Below, piece after piece: positions 1 to 7,905 of a stretch of DNA of 50,546 nt. The stretch lies in contig JAZLDP010000087.1 of NCBI GenBank assembly GCA_045614835.1, positions 1 through 50,546 of the forward strand, given 5' to 3'. This DNA comes from Clostridia bacterium (GTDB lineage: Bacteria > Bacillota > Clostridia > Christensenellales > UBA1242). The notes under the pieces are model-generated. The model had not been told where the DNA came from and did not search any database. It worked only from the letters and a program-made list of their open reading frames with translations. The stretch's first letter is position 1, and each line of letters begins with the position of its first letter. A program made the translations under genes and the position numbers.

Positions 1-141
1 TTATATTAAGTGCGAAAAGCCAGTAACTGAAAATCAGAAAGAACTAGCGAACAAGATATATACCTACTTGTACCGAGAGCATCGCTACTGCACGAAGCAA
101 GAGATATGCGAACACTTGGGGTGGGAGTACAACTCTAGCAA
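1..141. repeat. Left copy of 141-bp terminal direct repeat (identical to 50406..50546)
   Basis: Read directly: ttatattaagtgcgaaaagcc...aactctagcaa is present at both window ends. This implies a circular-assembly overlap or true terminal redundancy, leaving 50405 unique bp. Confidence 0.95.
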
Positions 142-349
142 CGATAGAAAGGTCAGAGATTGTATAAACACAATAAAGAAAAGGCGACCAATCGTGGCGA
201 CACCAGACCGAGTAGGGTATTTCGCACCAGTTGGCAAGGAAGATTTGGAAGAAGTAGAGCATCAATGGAAATATGTTGACAAGATAATTGCCGACCTAGA
301 AGAAACCAAGAAACCACTAATAAAGTTCTACGAGAAATTTAAGTATTAG
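2..349 (+). CDS. Hypothetical protein, C-terminal part of the junction-spanning gene that starts at 50392
   Basis: The frame of track ORF 68..349 stays open back to base 2. Through the repeat it is in phase with ATG 50392. The joined product is 120 aa. Confidence 0.6.
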   Translation, partial: YIKCEKPVTENQKELANKIYTYLYREHRYCTKQEICEHLGWEYNSSNDRKVRDCINTIKKRRPIVATPDRVGYFAPVGKEDLEEVEHQWKYVDKIIADLEETKKPLIKFYEKFKY

Positions 350-358
350 GAGAAGAGT

Positions 359-508
359 ATGCTAAGATTAATTTTGTTAGCCATAACAATTCCTTGTATG
401 TTTATAATGACAAGAACAATGTATGATAGGCATTATAGTTTTAATACACCATTAATTTCAGCCATTATTCTTATGTTTGTTTTTGTTTTATTATTTTTTT
501 ATAGTTAA
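359..508 (+). CDS. Small hydrophobic protein (49 aa, two predicted TM segments)
   Basis: Hand-translated because it is below the 60-aa track cutoff. ATG 359 follows GGAGAAGAG. Product: MLRLILLAITIPCMFIM...LISAIILMFVFVLLFFYS. Confidence 0.4.
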   Translation: MLRLILLAITIPCMFIMTRTMYDRHYSFNTPLISAIILMFVFVLLFFYS

Positions 509-518
509 GGAGAGAGCG

Positions 519-911
519 ATGAAACCAACCGAAGAGAAAGTTCTGAACTACATCAAGAAATACCACAAAGAACACAGCCTTATGCCGACAGTACGAGAGA
601 TTTGCAAGGGCTTAGGTTTCAAAAGCACGAGTTCCGTTGCCTACCACCTCGCCCACTTGGTCGAGAAAGGCGAACTCACTAATCTGCCCAACAAAAGCCG
701 AGCATACCGACTTGCCAACGATAACACACTTTCTTTCAAGGCAAAATGGGAAATGCTGAAGGAGTTGCTAGAGGCAGAGAAAGCCAATGCATTCCACAAA
801 TCAGAGCAATGCACGAGTGGGTACGACTTGCTATTTATGATGGCGAACGATTATGGCAGAGTGTTATATTTAATGAATAAAATTGAAAATGGAGAATGGA
901 ATGAAAATTAA
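519..911 (+). CDS. LexA-type winged-helix DNA-binding domain protein lacking an S24 peptidase domain
   Basis: EEKVLNYIKKY..MPTVREICKGLGFKSTSSVAYHLAHLVEKGEL..SRAYRL fits the LexA N-terminal domain pattern. Start moved to ATG 519 behind AAGGAGAG. The C-terminal 60 aa are unrelated to a Ser/Lys peptidase. Confidence 0.75.
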   Translation: MKPTEEKVLNYIKKYHKEHSLMPTVREICKGLGFKSTSSVAYHLAHLVEKGELTNLPNKSRAYRLANDNTLSFKAKWEMLKELLEAEKANAFHKSEQCTSGYDLLFMMANDYGRVLYLMNKIENGEWNEN

Positions 912-1260
912 AGGCATAAAACAAATAAGAGATATTAGTGACTATGCAAGTGCCAAACTTGATATTAAAATTAAAAAAACGGCACAAAGATATATTAAAA
1001 TAGAACTCAAACAAGTTAAGCAGTTAATAAAAAAGTTGCACAAGAAAATATTGAAAACTGCTCAAAAAGGCAATTATCATATTCATTATGATAGACAATG
1101 GCTAACACAAAGCCAAATATATTCAATAAAAAACTATTTTACTGAAATGGGTTATACTGTTGATATAATTGAATACGAATCACCAAGAGTTAAACCCTTA
1201 ATAGAAATATCTTGGGAAAGGAAGATTGTCTATGAAAACGAAAGCCCTAAAATATCTTGA
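901..1260 (+). CDS. Hypothetical protein
   Basis: Track ORF 883..1260. ATG 901 lies behind GGAGAATGGA. Lys-rich N-terminus. Confidence 0.55.
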   Translation: MKIKGIKQIRDISDYASAKLDIKIKKTAQRYIKIELKQVKQLIKKLHKKILKTAQKGNYHIHYDRQWLTQSQIYSIKNYFTEMGYTVDIIEYESPRVKPLIEISWERKIVYENESPKIS

Positions 1261-1648
1261 CGGACTTGTAACTGATAACACAACCAAAGTTGAATATGAT
1301 TTAATAACCTACTGCAAAAAGTGTGTGCGAGCATATACCGAGCCAGAGAAGAAAAAGGAAGAGTTCACCCCACCGACACTTGAAGAAGTGAGAGCATATG
1401 TCAAGGAAAAGAACTACAACCTTGATGTCGAGAAGTTCCACCGATACTACACCGAGAGTAACTGGCGAGATGCTAGGGGAAAACAAGTGAAGAACTGGAA
1501 ACTCAAACTGATGGTGTGGGACAAGCCGAAACACTCGAACTTCTACCAACAAAAAAGTATTACTGAAAGAAAAGAAGCCCAAAAGAGAGAGTATTCCAAA
1601 GAACAAATGGATAGCCTTTTCGACAACATTGAAGATGTGGAGATTTAG
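1232..1648 (+). CDS. Conserved phage early protein (motif PTLEEVRAYVKEKNY..FHRYYTESNW..KNWKLKLMVW)
   Basis: Track ORF 1226..1648 with ATG 1232 behind GGAAAGGAAG. From memory, this motif class recurs next to replication genes in Firmicutes phages. Function unknown. Confidence 0.6.
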   Translation: MKTKALKYLDGLVTDNTTKVEYDLITYCKKCVRAYTEPEKKKEEFTPPTLEEVRAYVKEKNYNLDVEKFHRYYTESNWRDARGKQVKNWKLKLMVWDKPKHSNFYQQKSITERKEAQKREYSKEQMDSLFDNIEDVEI

Positions 1649-1651
1649 CCA

Positions 1652-2287
1652 ATGGACATAATTGAAGAAATTAAGAGCCGAGTGTCGATGCGAGAAGTGC
1701 TTGACTTTTATGGGTATTATCCAGTAAGGGGAAGGGCAATCTACTGCTGTATGTATCACCACGATAAGAAACCGAGTGCAAACATAATGAAGAACGCAGA
1801 TAGATTCCATTGTTTCAGTTGCGGTGTAACGAAAGACATTTTCGACTTCGTACAAGACCAAGAAAAGTGTGACTTCAAGACTGCCACAAAAATCCTAGAT
1901 GAGAAATTCGGTTTAGGTTTGCTCGGTACTTTAACCCACAAGCAAAGGTTGGAACTCGCTAGACGACAGAAAGAACGAGAAAGAGCCAAGAAAGAAAAGC
2001 AATGGTGGGCAGAGTTCGAGCGACAGACCTGCATTGACATTGCCGACAAATTGAGATTTTGGGAAGATATAGAAAAGACTTGCCACCTAACTCGTGGTGA
2101 ATACCGCAGTGGGAATTGGGAACTTGCCGACCTGTACTTCCACTCCCTAAAACAGCACGAACTACTATCGTGGCTCTACGGCACCCTCAACGGTCACGAG
2201 AACTACAACTCAAACTACACCTACTTTCTCGGCACTAATCGCCAAGAACTTCTAAAACGAATTGCAAAAGGAGAAATCGAGATATGA
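1652..2287 (+). CDS. CHC2 (DnaG-type) zinc-finger protein without a TOPRIM domain
   Basis: CCMYHHDKKPSANI..FHCFSCGVTKDIFDF matches the primase CHC2 zinc-ribbon pattern. The rest is coiled-coil-like, and no TOPRIM acidic motifs were seen. Confidence 0.7.
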   Translation: MDIIEEIKSRVSMREVLDFYGYYPVRGRAIYCCMYHHDKKPSANIMKNADRFHCFSCGVTKDIFDFVQDQEKCDFKTATKILDEKFGLGLLGTLTHKQRLELARRQKERERAKKEKQWWAEFERQTCIDIADKLRFWEDIEKTCHLTRGEYRSGNWELADLYFHSLKQHELLSWLYGTLNGHENYNSNYTYFLGTNRQELLKRIAKGEIEI

Positions 2288-2517
2288 TAAGTATAAATCA
2301 CATATACAATGAGGGAGATACTATTTGGTTTATTGATGCAGATGCAAATGGAGCATATGCAGAAAGAGGTACAATAGTCGCTTTTAAACAAAATGGTGAT
2401 ATGGTTATTTCTTTTTATGCTGGAATGTGCCTTATGTCAAAAGAAACAATATTCCCTACAAAACAAGAATGTGAAAAATTTATTTACCTAGATAAAATCG
2501 CAAAGGAGTTGAAATGA
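2284..2517 (+). CDS. Hypothetical protein
   Basis: Track ORF with an ATGA start/stop overlap with the upstream gene (translational coupling). Confidence 0.55.
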   Translation: MISINHIYNEGDTIWFIDADANGAYAERGTIVAFKQNGDMVISFYAGMCLMSKETIFPTKQECEKFIYLDKIAKELK

Positions 2518-2732
2518 GAGCATTTGTAATTAAGAGAAAAGACGGTAAGTATTTAAGCAAATACCATAAATATGATGCAAGAAAAGCACCCGTATGCGAA
2601 CTTTGTTTTACTGAAAATCTTTTGAACGCCCACTTTTATAGGAGTGACGATTTGGCAAGAGATATTAAGAATAGTTTGACAGATTGGCAAAAATTAAAGG
2701 TTGTAAGAGTTGAGGTGGAGGAAATAGTATGA
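2514..2732 (+). CDS. Hypothetical 72-aa protein, paralog of 40988..41206
   Basis: AFVIKRKDGKYL...KVVRVEVEEIV resembles AWVIRRDDGRFY...VKIEMRVVEE. Coupled start. Confidence 0.6.
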   Translation: MRAFVIKRKDGKYLSKYHKYDARKAPVCELCFTENLLNAHFYRSDDLARDIKNSLTDWQKLKVVRVEVEEIV

Positions 2733-2947
2733 GCATTGAGGAAATCAAAGAAGAAATTGCTCATTGTGAGTATTGCATACAAAGGATACAGCAAAATATG
2801 TTAGGTGAATTATTGGCAAGTTATGGTGGCAGAACAACTGGACATAGTTCCGATAATGTATTTTTACAAGAATATATTAACAAAATGGAAGCACTTACTA
2901 AAAAATTACAGCAACTAACCCACCAACACGAAGATAAAGGAGAATAG
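2729..2947 (+). CDS. Hypothetical protein
   Basis: Track ORF with a coupled start (ATGA overlap). Confidence 0.55.
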   Translation: MSIEEIKEEIAHCEYCIQRIQQNMLGELLASYGGRTTGHSSDNVFLQEYINKMEALTKKLQQLTHQHEDKGE

Positions 2948-2948
2948 T

Positions 2949-3449
2949 ATGAGTAAAAGCATAGTAAAGGCTTGTGTGAAATACAATGATAGACTTTATA
3001 CTGGATTTGACCACGGAGAGTGTTTTAGAAAATTAAATGAAGACAATACTATAATTGTACATAGTGAAATTGAGCAAGGATTTGTTGATAACGATGGAAA
3101 CTTTGTAGATAGAAAACAAGCAATGATTATAGCAAAAGAAAGTGGGCAATTAACTTACGAAACGGATAAGAAAACTTTAATTAGTGAAGATTTACACTTA
3201 AACTGGCTAAATGACCAACAAGAACGAATAGCAGAACTAGAAGAACAAATAGATTATATTTTTAAAATAAACACTTGGCTTATTAAGAAGTATGGCAAAG
3301 AGTTTTGGCAAGATATTGGGATAAATGAAAATGACGATACAATTACAAACCTTATTAAATTAGATGAGGTATTTGACAAAATATATGAAGAAATGAACAA
3401 AGAAATGCCAAAGAAATGGTATGAGTATGGTTTTGGTGGTAAAAAGTAA
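2949..3449 (+). CDS. Hypothetical protein
   Basis: Track ORF with AAAGGAGAATAGT upstream of the ATG. The N-terminal half is globular and the C-terminal half is coiled-coil-like. Confidence 0.6.
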   Translation: MSKSIVKACVKYNDRLYTGFDHGECFRKLNEDNTIIVHSEIEQGFVDNDGNFVDRKQAMIIAKESGQLTYETDKKTLISEDLHLNWLNDQQERIAELEEQIDYIFKINTWLIKKYGKEFWQDIGINENDDTITNLIKLDEVFDKIYEEMNKEMPKKWYEYGFGGKK

Positions 3450-3515
3450 ATAAGAATAATAAATTTTTGTGCTTATTGTATTTTTAAGCGAAAAAGGAAA
3501 ATAAGGAGAAAGATA

Positions 3516-3755
3516 ATGAAAATAAAAATTGAATTTATACCACAAAAAACAAGTCAAATAGAGTATGCTGAACGAGTAAAAAATATTTCAAAAGACTTAA
3601 TAGAAACTTGTGCAAAATGTGGAGTTGTGGAACTTACTTATGTTCACGATTGGTTTAAGATACATATAGAAAACCCACAAGATATAATACAATGCCAATG
3701 CGATATTGAGTCAATATTAGACCAAGTAGGAGAAAATAATGAAATTATACATTGA
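3516..3755 (+). CDS. Hypothetical protein
   Basis: Track ORF with AAGGAGAAAGATA upstream. Confidence 0.55.
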   Translation: MKIKIEFIPQKTSQIEYAERVKNISKDLIETCAKCGVVELTYVHDWFKIHIENPQDIIQCQCDIESILDQVGENNEIIH

Positions 3756-4035
3756 TACAAAAGACATAGGCAAAACTGTGTCATATAAAGAAGAAAATAG
3801 CAAGAAACAATATTTATATGCTCACGATAAAGAGGGGTTTGAGTTGAAAGATATTTCCGACTACACCAAGCAAGTGAGAAAGGAAGTGCTTGGCGAGTTG
3901 ATGAATATGTTGGGCGACAGAGCCGAACTAATAGATTGTGGTGGTGTGGCTGAATTTATGTTTACTACTTACGATTTAACAATGTGTGTGAAAGAAATTT
4001 TGGGAGAAGAGGTAAAAGAAAATGAAGATGCCTAA
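3739..4035 (+). CDS. Hypothetical protein
   Basis: Track ORF with a GGAG upstream. Confidence 0.55.
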   Translation: MKLYIDTKDIGKTVSYKEENSKKQYLYAHDKEGFELKDISDYTKQVRKEVLGELMNMLGDRAELIDCGGVAEFMFTTYDLTMCVKEILGEEVKENEDA

Positions 4036-4273
4036 AGTGATAACTGGAATTATTGAGTTTGAAATTGCAAAAACCGAGATTGAGAACAATGGTTTATCAA
4101 TAAAAGTTACAAGCACCAAAAAAATGCAAAAGAAATTTAGGAAACTTATAAGATTGACTTCAAAATATATTCTAAAACTTGCGAAACTTCACTATGATAC
4201 AGCAAAAGTTAGATTTGATGACACCGAATTTGTTGTAGAAAAACACCCAAAAGGAGAAACCGAATGGAAATAG
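4022..4273 (+). CDS. Hypothetical protein
   Basis: Track ORF that overlaps its neighbours by a few codons. Confidence 0.5.
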   Translation: MKMPKVITGIIEFEIAKTEIENNGLSIKVTSTKKMQKKFRKLIRLTSKYILKLAKLHYDTAKVRFDDTEFVVEKHPKGETEWK

Positions 4274-4473
4274 ATAAAAAAGTTTGTGTAATATGCAAAA
4301 CCCAAATTGCCGATGAAAAAGAATATGTTTGTACCGAGTGCTACGAAAAATCCCTTAAAGAACTTAAAAACAACGAACTTTATCAAGAAATAAAAAAGAT
4401 TGATGACTCTGACTGGTTTATGGGTGTTGTTATAATGTGGGCATTGTTCGGAAGCAAAGGAGAAACAAAATGA
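4264..4473 (+). CDS. Zinc-ribbon protein with a C-terminal hydrophobic segment
   Basis: CVICK...CTECY forms two CxxC pairs. WFMGVVIMWALFG is the hydrophobic tail. Confidence 0.5.
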   Translation: MEIDKKVCVICKTQIADEKEYVCTECYEKSLKELKNNELYQEIKKIDDSDWFMGVVIMWALFGSKGETK

Positions 4474-4754
4474 AACCTAGTGAATTGCAAAAAATCTTGC
4501 AAAGCGAAAACAAATTAACCCTCGCAGAAATCAAAGAGATAATCCACCAATTACAGCAAGATTGTTTTTGGGAAATATGTGAGTTGTCTGGAAAAGAGTT
4601 CTCGGTTGATTGTGACAAAGACAGCATAAACGATTGCCTAGATGCCATAAAAACACAGCAAAAAATACAATTCTATCAAGGCGAAACAAATGCGTTTTAC
4701 ATTTGCTTAGATTTATTAAATAAAATAGGAGAAAACGAATGCCAAAAGAACTAA
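4470..4754 (+). CDS. Hypothetical protein
   Basis: Start moved to ATG 4470 behind AGGAGAAACAAA (track ORF 4437..4754). Confidence 0.55.
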   Translation: MKPSELQKILQSENKLTLAEIKEIIHQLQQDCFWEICELSGKEFSVDCDKDSINDCLDAIKTQQKIQFYQGETNAFYICLDLLNKIGENECQKN

Positions 4755-5443
4755 TATTTGACGGGGAAACCCTAATTAACGCAACCGACTGGAAGGCGAA
4801 GTCGGAGCATATAATCGCCAAACTGGACGAGGAGTTGTTCGACAATGTGAACGAGTGGGATACATTTGACACTCGCTACGACAAAGAGGGCAACTTGCTG
4901 TCCAAAACCAAACACAAAGTAAAAAGGGGCGAAGTTATGCCCGTAATCTCTCCAGCCCAAGTCAGCACAAAACTCAATCGCTACTTAAGAATTTACCGAC
5001 CTATGACACTTGACGAGGCTATGAGCCTTGAAGATACGGAATACCTTGAGGCGTACGGATACTACCTTGACATCATATCGCACATAAACACTTTCTGTAC
5101 CTTTTTGGGCGATAAGCAGTCCTTCTCGGCATTCGTAACACTAACTACTTCGGTGTACAACGAGTTATTGGCACACCCTAAGTATTCACAAGTATTCGCC
5201 AGTATAGAAGATGGATTTGTCCATACTAACTTCACAGTTGCTGAGGCTGGCTTGGTAGATGGTAGAACTACGATTGCAAAACTTACTACCAAAGATGCAG
5301 GTCACAATCTCATTAAAAACCCAGAAGTTACAACCATAAATGTCACCAACAAAATCAACACAGCCAACATTGACGCTATGTACGAGAAGTTTCTCGGAGT
5401 GTCGCAAAAACCTAAACAAATTGGAAAAGGAGAGAAAAAATAA
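4739..5443 (+). CDS. Hypothetical protein; weak small-terminase (TerS) candidate
   Basis: 234 aa. The central region TFCTFLGDKQSFSAFV...EAGLVDGRTTIAKL loosely resembles TerS HTH/oligomerisation patterns. The gene is not adjacent to terL. Confidence 0.55.
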   Translation: MPKELIFDGETLINATDWKAKSEHIIAKLDEELFDNVNEWDTFDTRYDKEGNLLSKTKHKVKRGEVMPVISPAQVSTKLNRYLRIYRPMTLDEAMSLEDTEYLEAYGYYLDIISHINTFCTFLGDKQSFSAFVTLTTSVYNELLAHPKYSQVFASIEDGFVHTNFTVAEAGLVDGRTTIAKLTTKDAGHNLIKNPEVTTINVTNKINTANIDAMYEKFLGVSQKPKQIGKGEKK

Positions 5444-6702
5444 TGAATGTTTTATCTTGTTTTGATGGAATTTCTTGTGGGAGAGTTGCCCTTGAACGAG
5501 CAAAAATCCCAGTAGAAAAATATTATGCGAGTGAAATTGACAAGTATGCAATACAAATCGCACAAAAGAATTATCCAGACACAATTCAGTTGGGAGATGT
5601 AACAAGGTGGAAAGAGTGGGACATTGATTGGAGTTCGATTGACCTAATTATCGGAGGCTCTCCTTGTCAAGGTTTCTCAAATGCTGGTAAAGGTCTTAAC
5701 TTTGACGACCCACGAAGTGCTTTATTCTTTGTATTTGTCGATATTTTAAACCACATTAAAAGTGTGAATCCAAATGTCAAGTTCTTACTTGAAAATGTGA
5801 AAATGAAGAAAGAATGGGTAAATGTAATAAGTGAATATCTTGGTGTTGAACCAGTTGAAATAAATAGTTCTCTTCTTTCGGCACAAAACCGACAAAGGTT
5901 TTACTGGACTAATATTGCCAAGATACCACAACCAAAAGATAAGCACATTTATCTAAAAGACACTCTTATTACAAACAACACGATTAGAATACCATATTAT
6001 GGAAATGAAGATAAGAGCAGACCTATTTCTAACAACTTTGGCGGTGGTTTTGATAGAATTACTGACCCAAATCCAAACAAACAACAGATTGATATATTAG
6101 CACAATATGTGCATAGTTTAGATAGGCTAGTTAAAATAAGTGAAAGTAATTTTACCCAAGAAAAAGGGTTAATACAAGACGAAAATGGGAAATGCTCTTG
6201 TTTGTTGGCAAGGGATTATAAAGACCCTAAATGTGTTTTTACTAAAGTTGAACAATTAGAAGTTTGTGATTATGTAAAAGGGAAATTAGACGAATTCTAT
6301 AAAAAGAATGGATATATACCTAAGTTTTTTAATGCCTATAATTGTAGTGAAATTAAAGATAAATCACCAACTCAGACAATGTATTGTGGCAGTCAAACTT
6401 CTTCTGCTACTTGTCTAGTATTTGAAAATATAGCATTATTTACAGAACAAGGAACAAGTAAAAATATATTTGAAGTAAAAGACAAGAAAGTAATTATATA
6501 TGATAAAGAGTATAAAATGGACTTGGAAGATGGATTCTGGTGTTTTAGAAAACTAACACCAATAGAATGTGAAAGATTACAGACTTTACCTGATAACTAC
6601 ACTGATGGTATTTCAAACTCTCAGAGATATAAAGCATTAGGTAATGGTTGGACTGCTGATGTTATCGCCCATATTTTCAGTTTTTTACCTAAATCGAACT
6701 AG
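5443..6702 (+). CDS. DNA (cytosine-5)-methyltransferase
   Basis: Motif I FDGISCG, motif IV GGSPCQGFS, motif VI ENV, QTLPDNYT, and motif X GNGWTADV. There is a long variable region between motifs VIII and IX. Confidence 0.9.
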   Translation: MNVLSCFDGISCGRVALERAKIPVEKYYASEIDKYAIQIAQKNYPDTIQLGDVTRWKEWDIDWSSIDLIIGGSPCQGFSNAGKGLNFDDPRSALFFVFVDILNHIKSVNPNVKFLLENVKMKKEWVNVISEYLGVEPVEINSSLLSAQNRQRFYWTNIAKIPQPKDKHIYLKDTLITNNTIRIPYYGNEDKSRPISNNFGGGFDRITDPNPNKQQIDILAQYVHSLDRLVKISESNFTQEKGLIQDENGKCSCLLARDYKDPKCVFTKVEQLEVCDYVKGKLDEFYKKNGYIPKFFNAYNCSEIKDKSPTQTMYCGSQTSSATCLVFENIALFTEQGTSKNIFEVKDKKVIIYDKEYKMDLEDGFWCFRKLTPIECERLQTLPDNYTDGISNSQRYKALGNGWTADVIAHIFSFLPKSN

Positions 6703-6706
6703 AACT

Positions 6707-6728
6707 AGCACCCTCTCGGTGCTTTTTC
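6707..6728 (+). terminator. Intrinsic terminator after the C5-methyltransferase gene
   Basis: AGCACC-ctctc-GGTGCT followed by TTTTT. Confidence 0.6.
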
Positions 6729-6758
6729 TAAATTTTTTGAAAAAGTTTGCGAAAAGTG

Positions 6759-6787
6759 TTGACAGAGTGGTCTTTATATGATAGTAT
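6759..6787 (+). promoter_or_regulatory. Sigma-A-type promoter for the recombinase/glycosylase/methylase operon
   Basis: TTGACA (6759-6764), a 17-nt spacer, then TAGTAT (6782-6787). Confidence 0.5.
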
Positions 6788-6818
6788 ATAGTCAATGATA
6801 ACGAAAGGAGAGGTGGAA

Positions 6819-7472
6819 ATGTGTAAACAATATTTCGTAATGAGAGTATCTTCAAAGAGAGTAGTCAACCGAAAAAATAAGGAACAAGAGTTAGAGCAAC
6901 AATTTCAGCAAGACTTTTTGCGTCAAAAATACATATTCCTTAATGCTGGGTATAATGTTACTGACGAGAATACTTATGCCGATAGAATAACAGGTTCTTC
7001 TAAAATCGAGGACAGACCACGACTTAATGAGTTGATGGGCAAGTTAGAAGAGGGAGATACTTGTTATTTCGCAGAAGTTAGTCGTTTCAGTCGTGACTAC
7101 AAGAACGGAATGGAAATGATAGATACTTTGATTTTTGAAAAGAAAGTAAACATTGTGTTCGTGTGCGACAACAAGACGCTTTATGCTGGTAAGAGATTTG
7201 ATGCGTCAGAGTGGTTTTATATCTCAATGATGTTGCTTACTGCCGAATACCAAAAGAGATGTATTGGACAATCAACAAGCCAAAAACTACAAGCAATGAA
7301 GGCTGAGGGTGCTACTTTGGGAAGCCCTAGAACCTTTGATGACAGCATCCGCCACCAAGTCATCGCCCACTACAACTCGGGACACACAATGCAGGAGTGT
7401 GCGGAGAAGTTCGGGGTTAGCACGAGCAGTGTGCATAGGTTTGTGAACGAAAGCAAAAAGGAGAGTAAGTAA
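6819..7472 (+). CDS. Small serine recombinase (resolvase/invertase family)
   Basis: YFVMRVSS (catalytic-Ser motif), DRITGSSKIEDRPRLNELM, GDTCYFAEVSRFSRD, and a C-terminal HTH (HTMQECAEKFGVSTSSVHRFV). ATG 6819 lies behind AAAGGAGAGG. Confidence 0.85.
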   Translation: MCKQYFVMRVSSKRVVNRKNKEQELEQQFQQDFLRQKYIFLNAGYNVTDENTYADRITGSSKIEDRPRLNELMGKLEEGDTCYFAEVSRFSRDYKNGMEMIDTLIFEKKVNIVFVCDNKTLYAGKRFDASEWFYISMMLLTAEYQKRCIGQSTSQKLQAMKAEGATLGSPRTFDDSIRHQVIAHYNSGHTMQECAEKFGVSTSSVHRFVNESKKESK

Positions 7473-7473
7473 T

Positions 7474-7905
7474 ATGCGTTTATGGGATTTTAGATTATTG
7501 CCTTATTTGCCAGATAGTCAACTCTTGGCTCAAAAGAGGGAGTGCGACTTGATTATCAAAGATGCAACTATGGGCAGAAAAACAAATCATATATTAATTA
7601 ATTATATTTACGAGTATGGTGGCATTGATAGTATTTCTTTCAAGGTTTACTATGCACTATTGTATAAAGAGTTCAAGAACAGAGGTTTTAGGTTTAACGA
7701 TAAGTACCAAATGGTGAATTGGTTTTATGTAGAAAATCCACCACTAGAACCATTCCCACGACACCACAACAATGAGTATATGACAATTTGTTACTACAAC
7801 CTCAAGGAAAAATACTTGCGAGGTCAAAAGGACTTCACTGCTGAAGTTTGGGAAAAGTTAGACAAATTTTATAAACAATGGTTAAAGGAGAACGGAGATG
7901 AGTAA
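7474..7905 (+). CDS. Pyrimidine-dimer DNA glycosylase (T4 EndoV/DenV)-like protein, TIGR02328-like
   Basis: N-terminus MRLWDFRLLPYLPDSQLLAQKRECDLI parallels T4 DenV [27 protein letters not shown] (recalled from memory). It starts 1 nt after the recombinase stop. Confidence 0.65.
   Translation: MRLWDFRLLPYLPDSQLLAQKRECDLIIKDATMGRKTNHILINYIYEYGGIDSISFKVYYALLYKEFKNRGFRFNDKYQMVNWFYVENPPLEPFPRHHNNEYMTICYYNLKEKYLRGQKDFTAEVWEKLDKFYKQWLKENGDE

Noticed and set aside
1301-1861. 186-aa minus-strand track ORF, and similar antisense ORFs (44..265, 1756..2049, 4531..4872, 5186..5605, 8135..8532, 8835..9206)
   Set aside because: They lie antisense to well-supported, RBS-preceded plus-strand genes with recognisable motifs. 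They have no RBS and biased shadow-frame composition.
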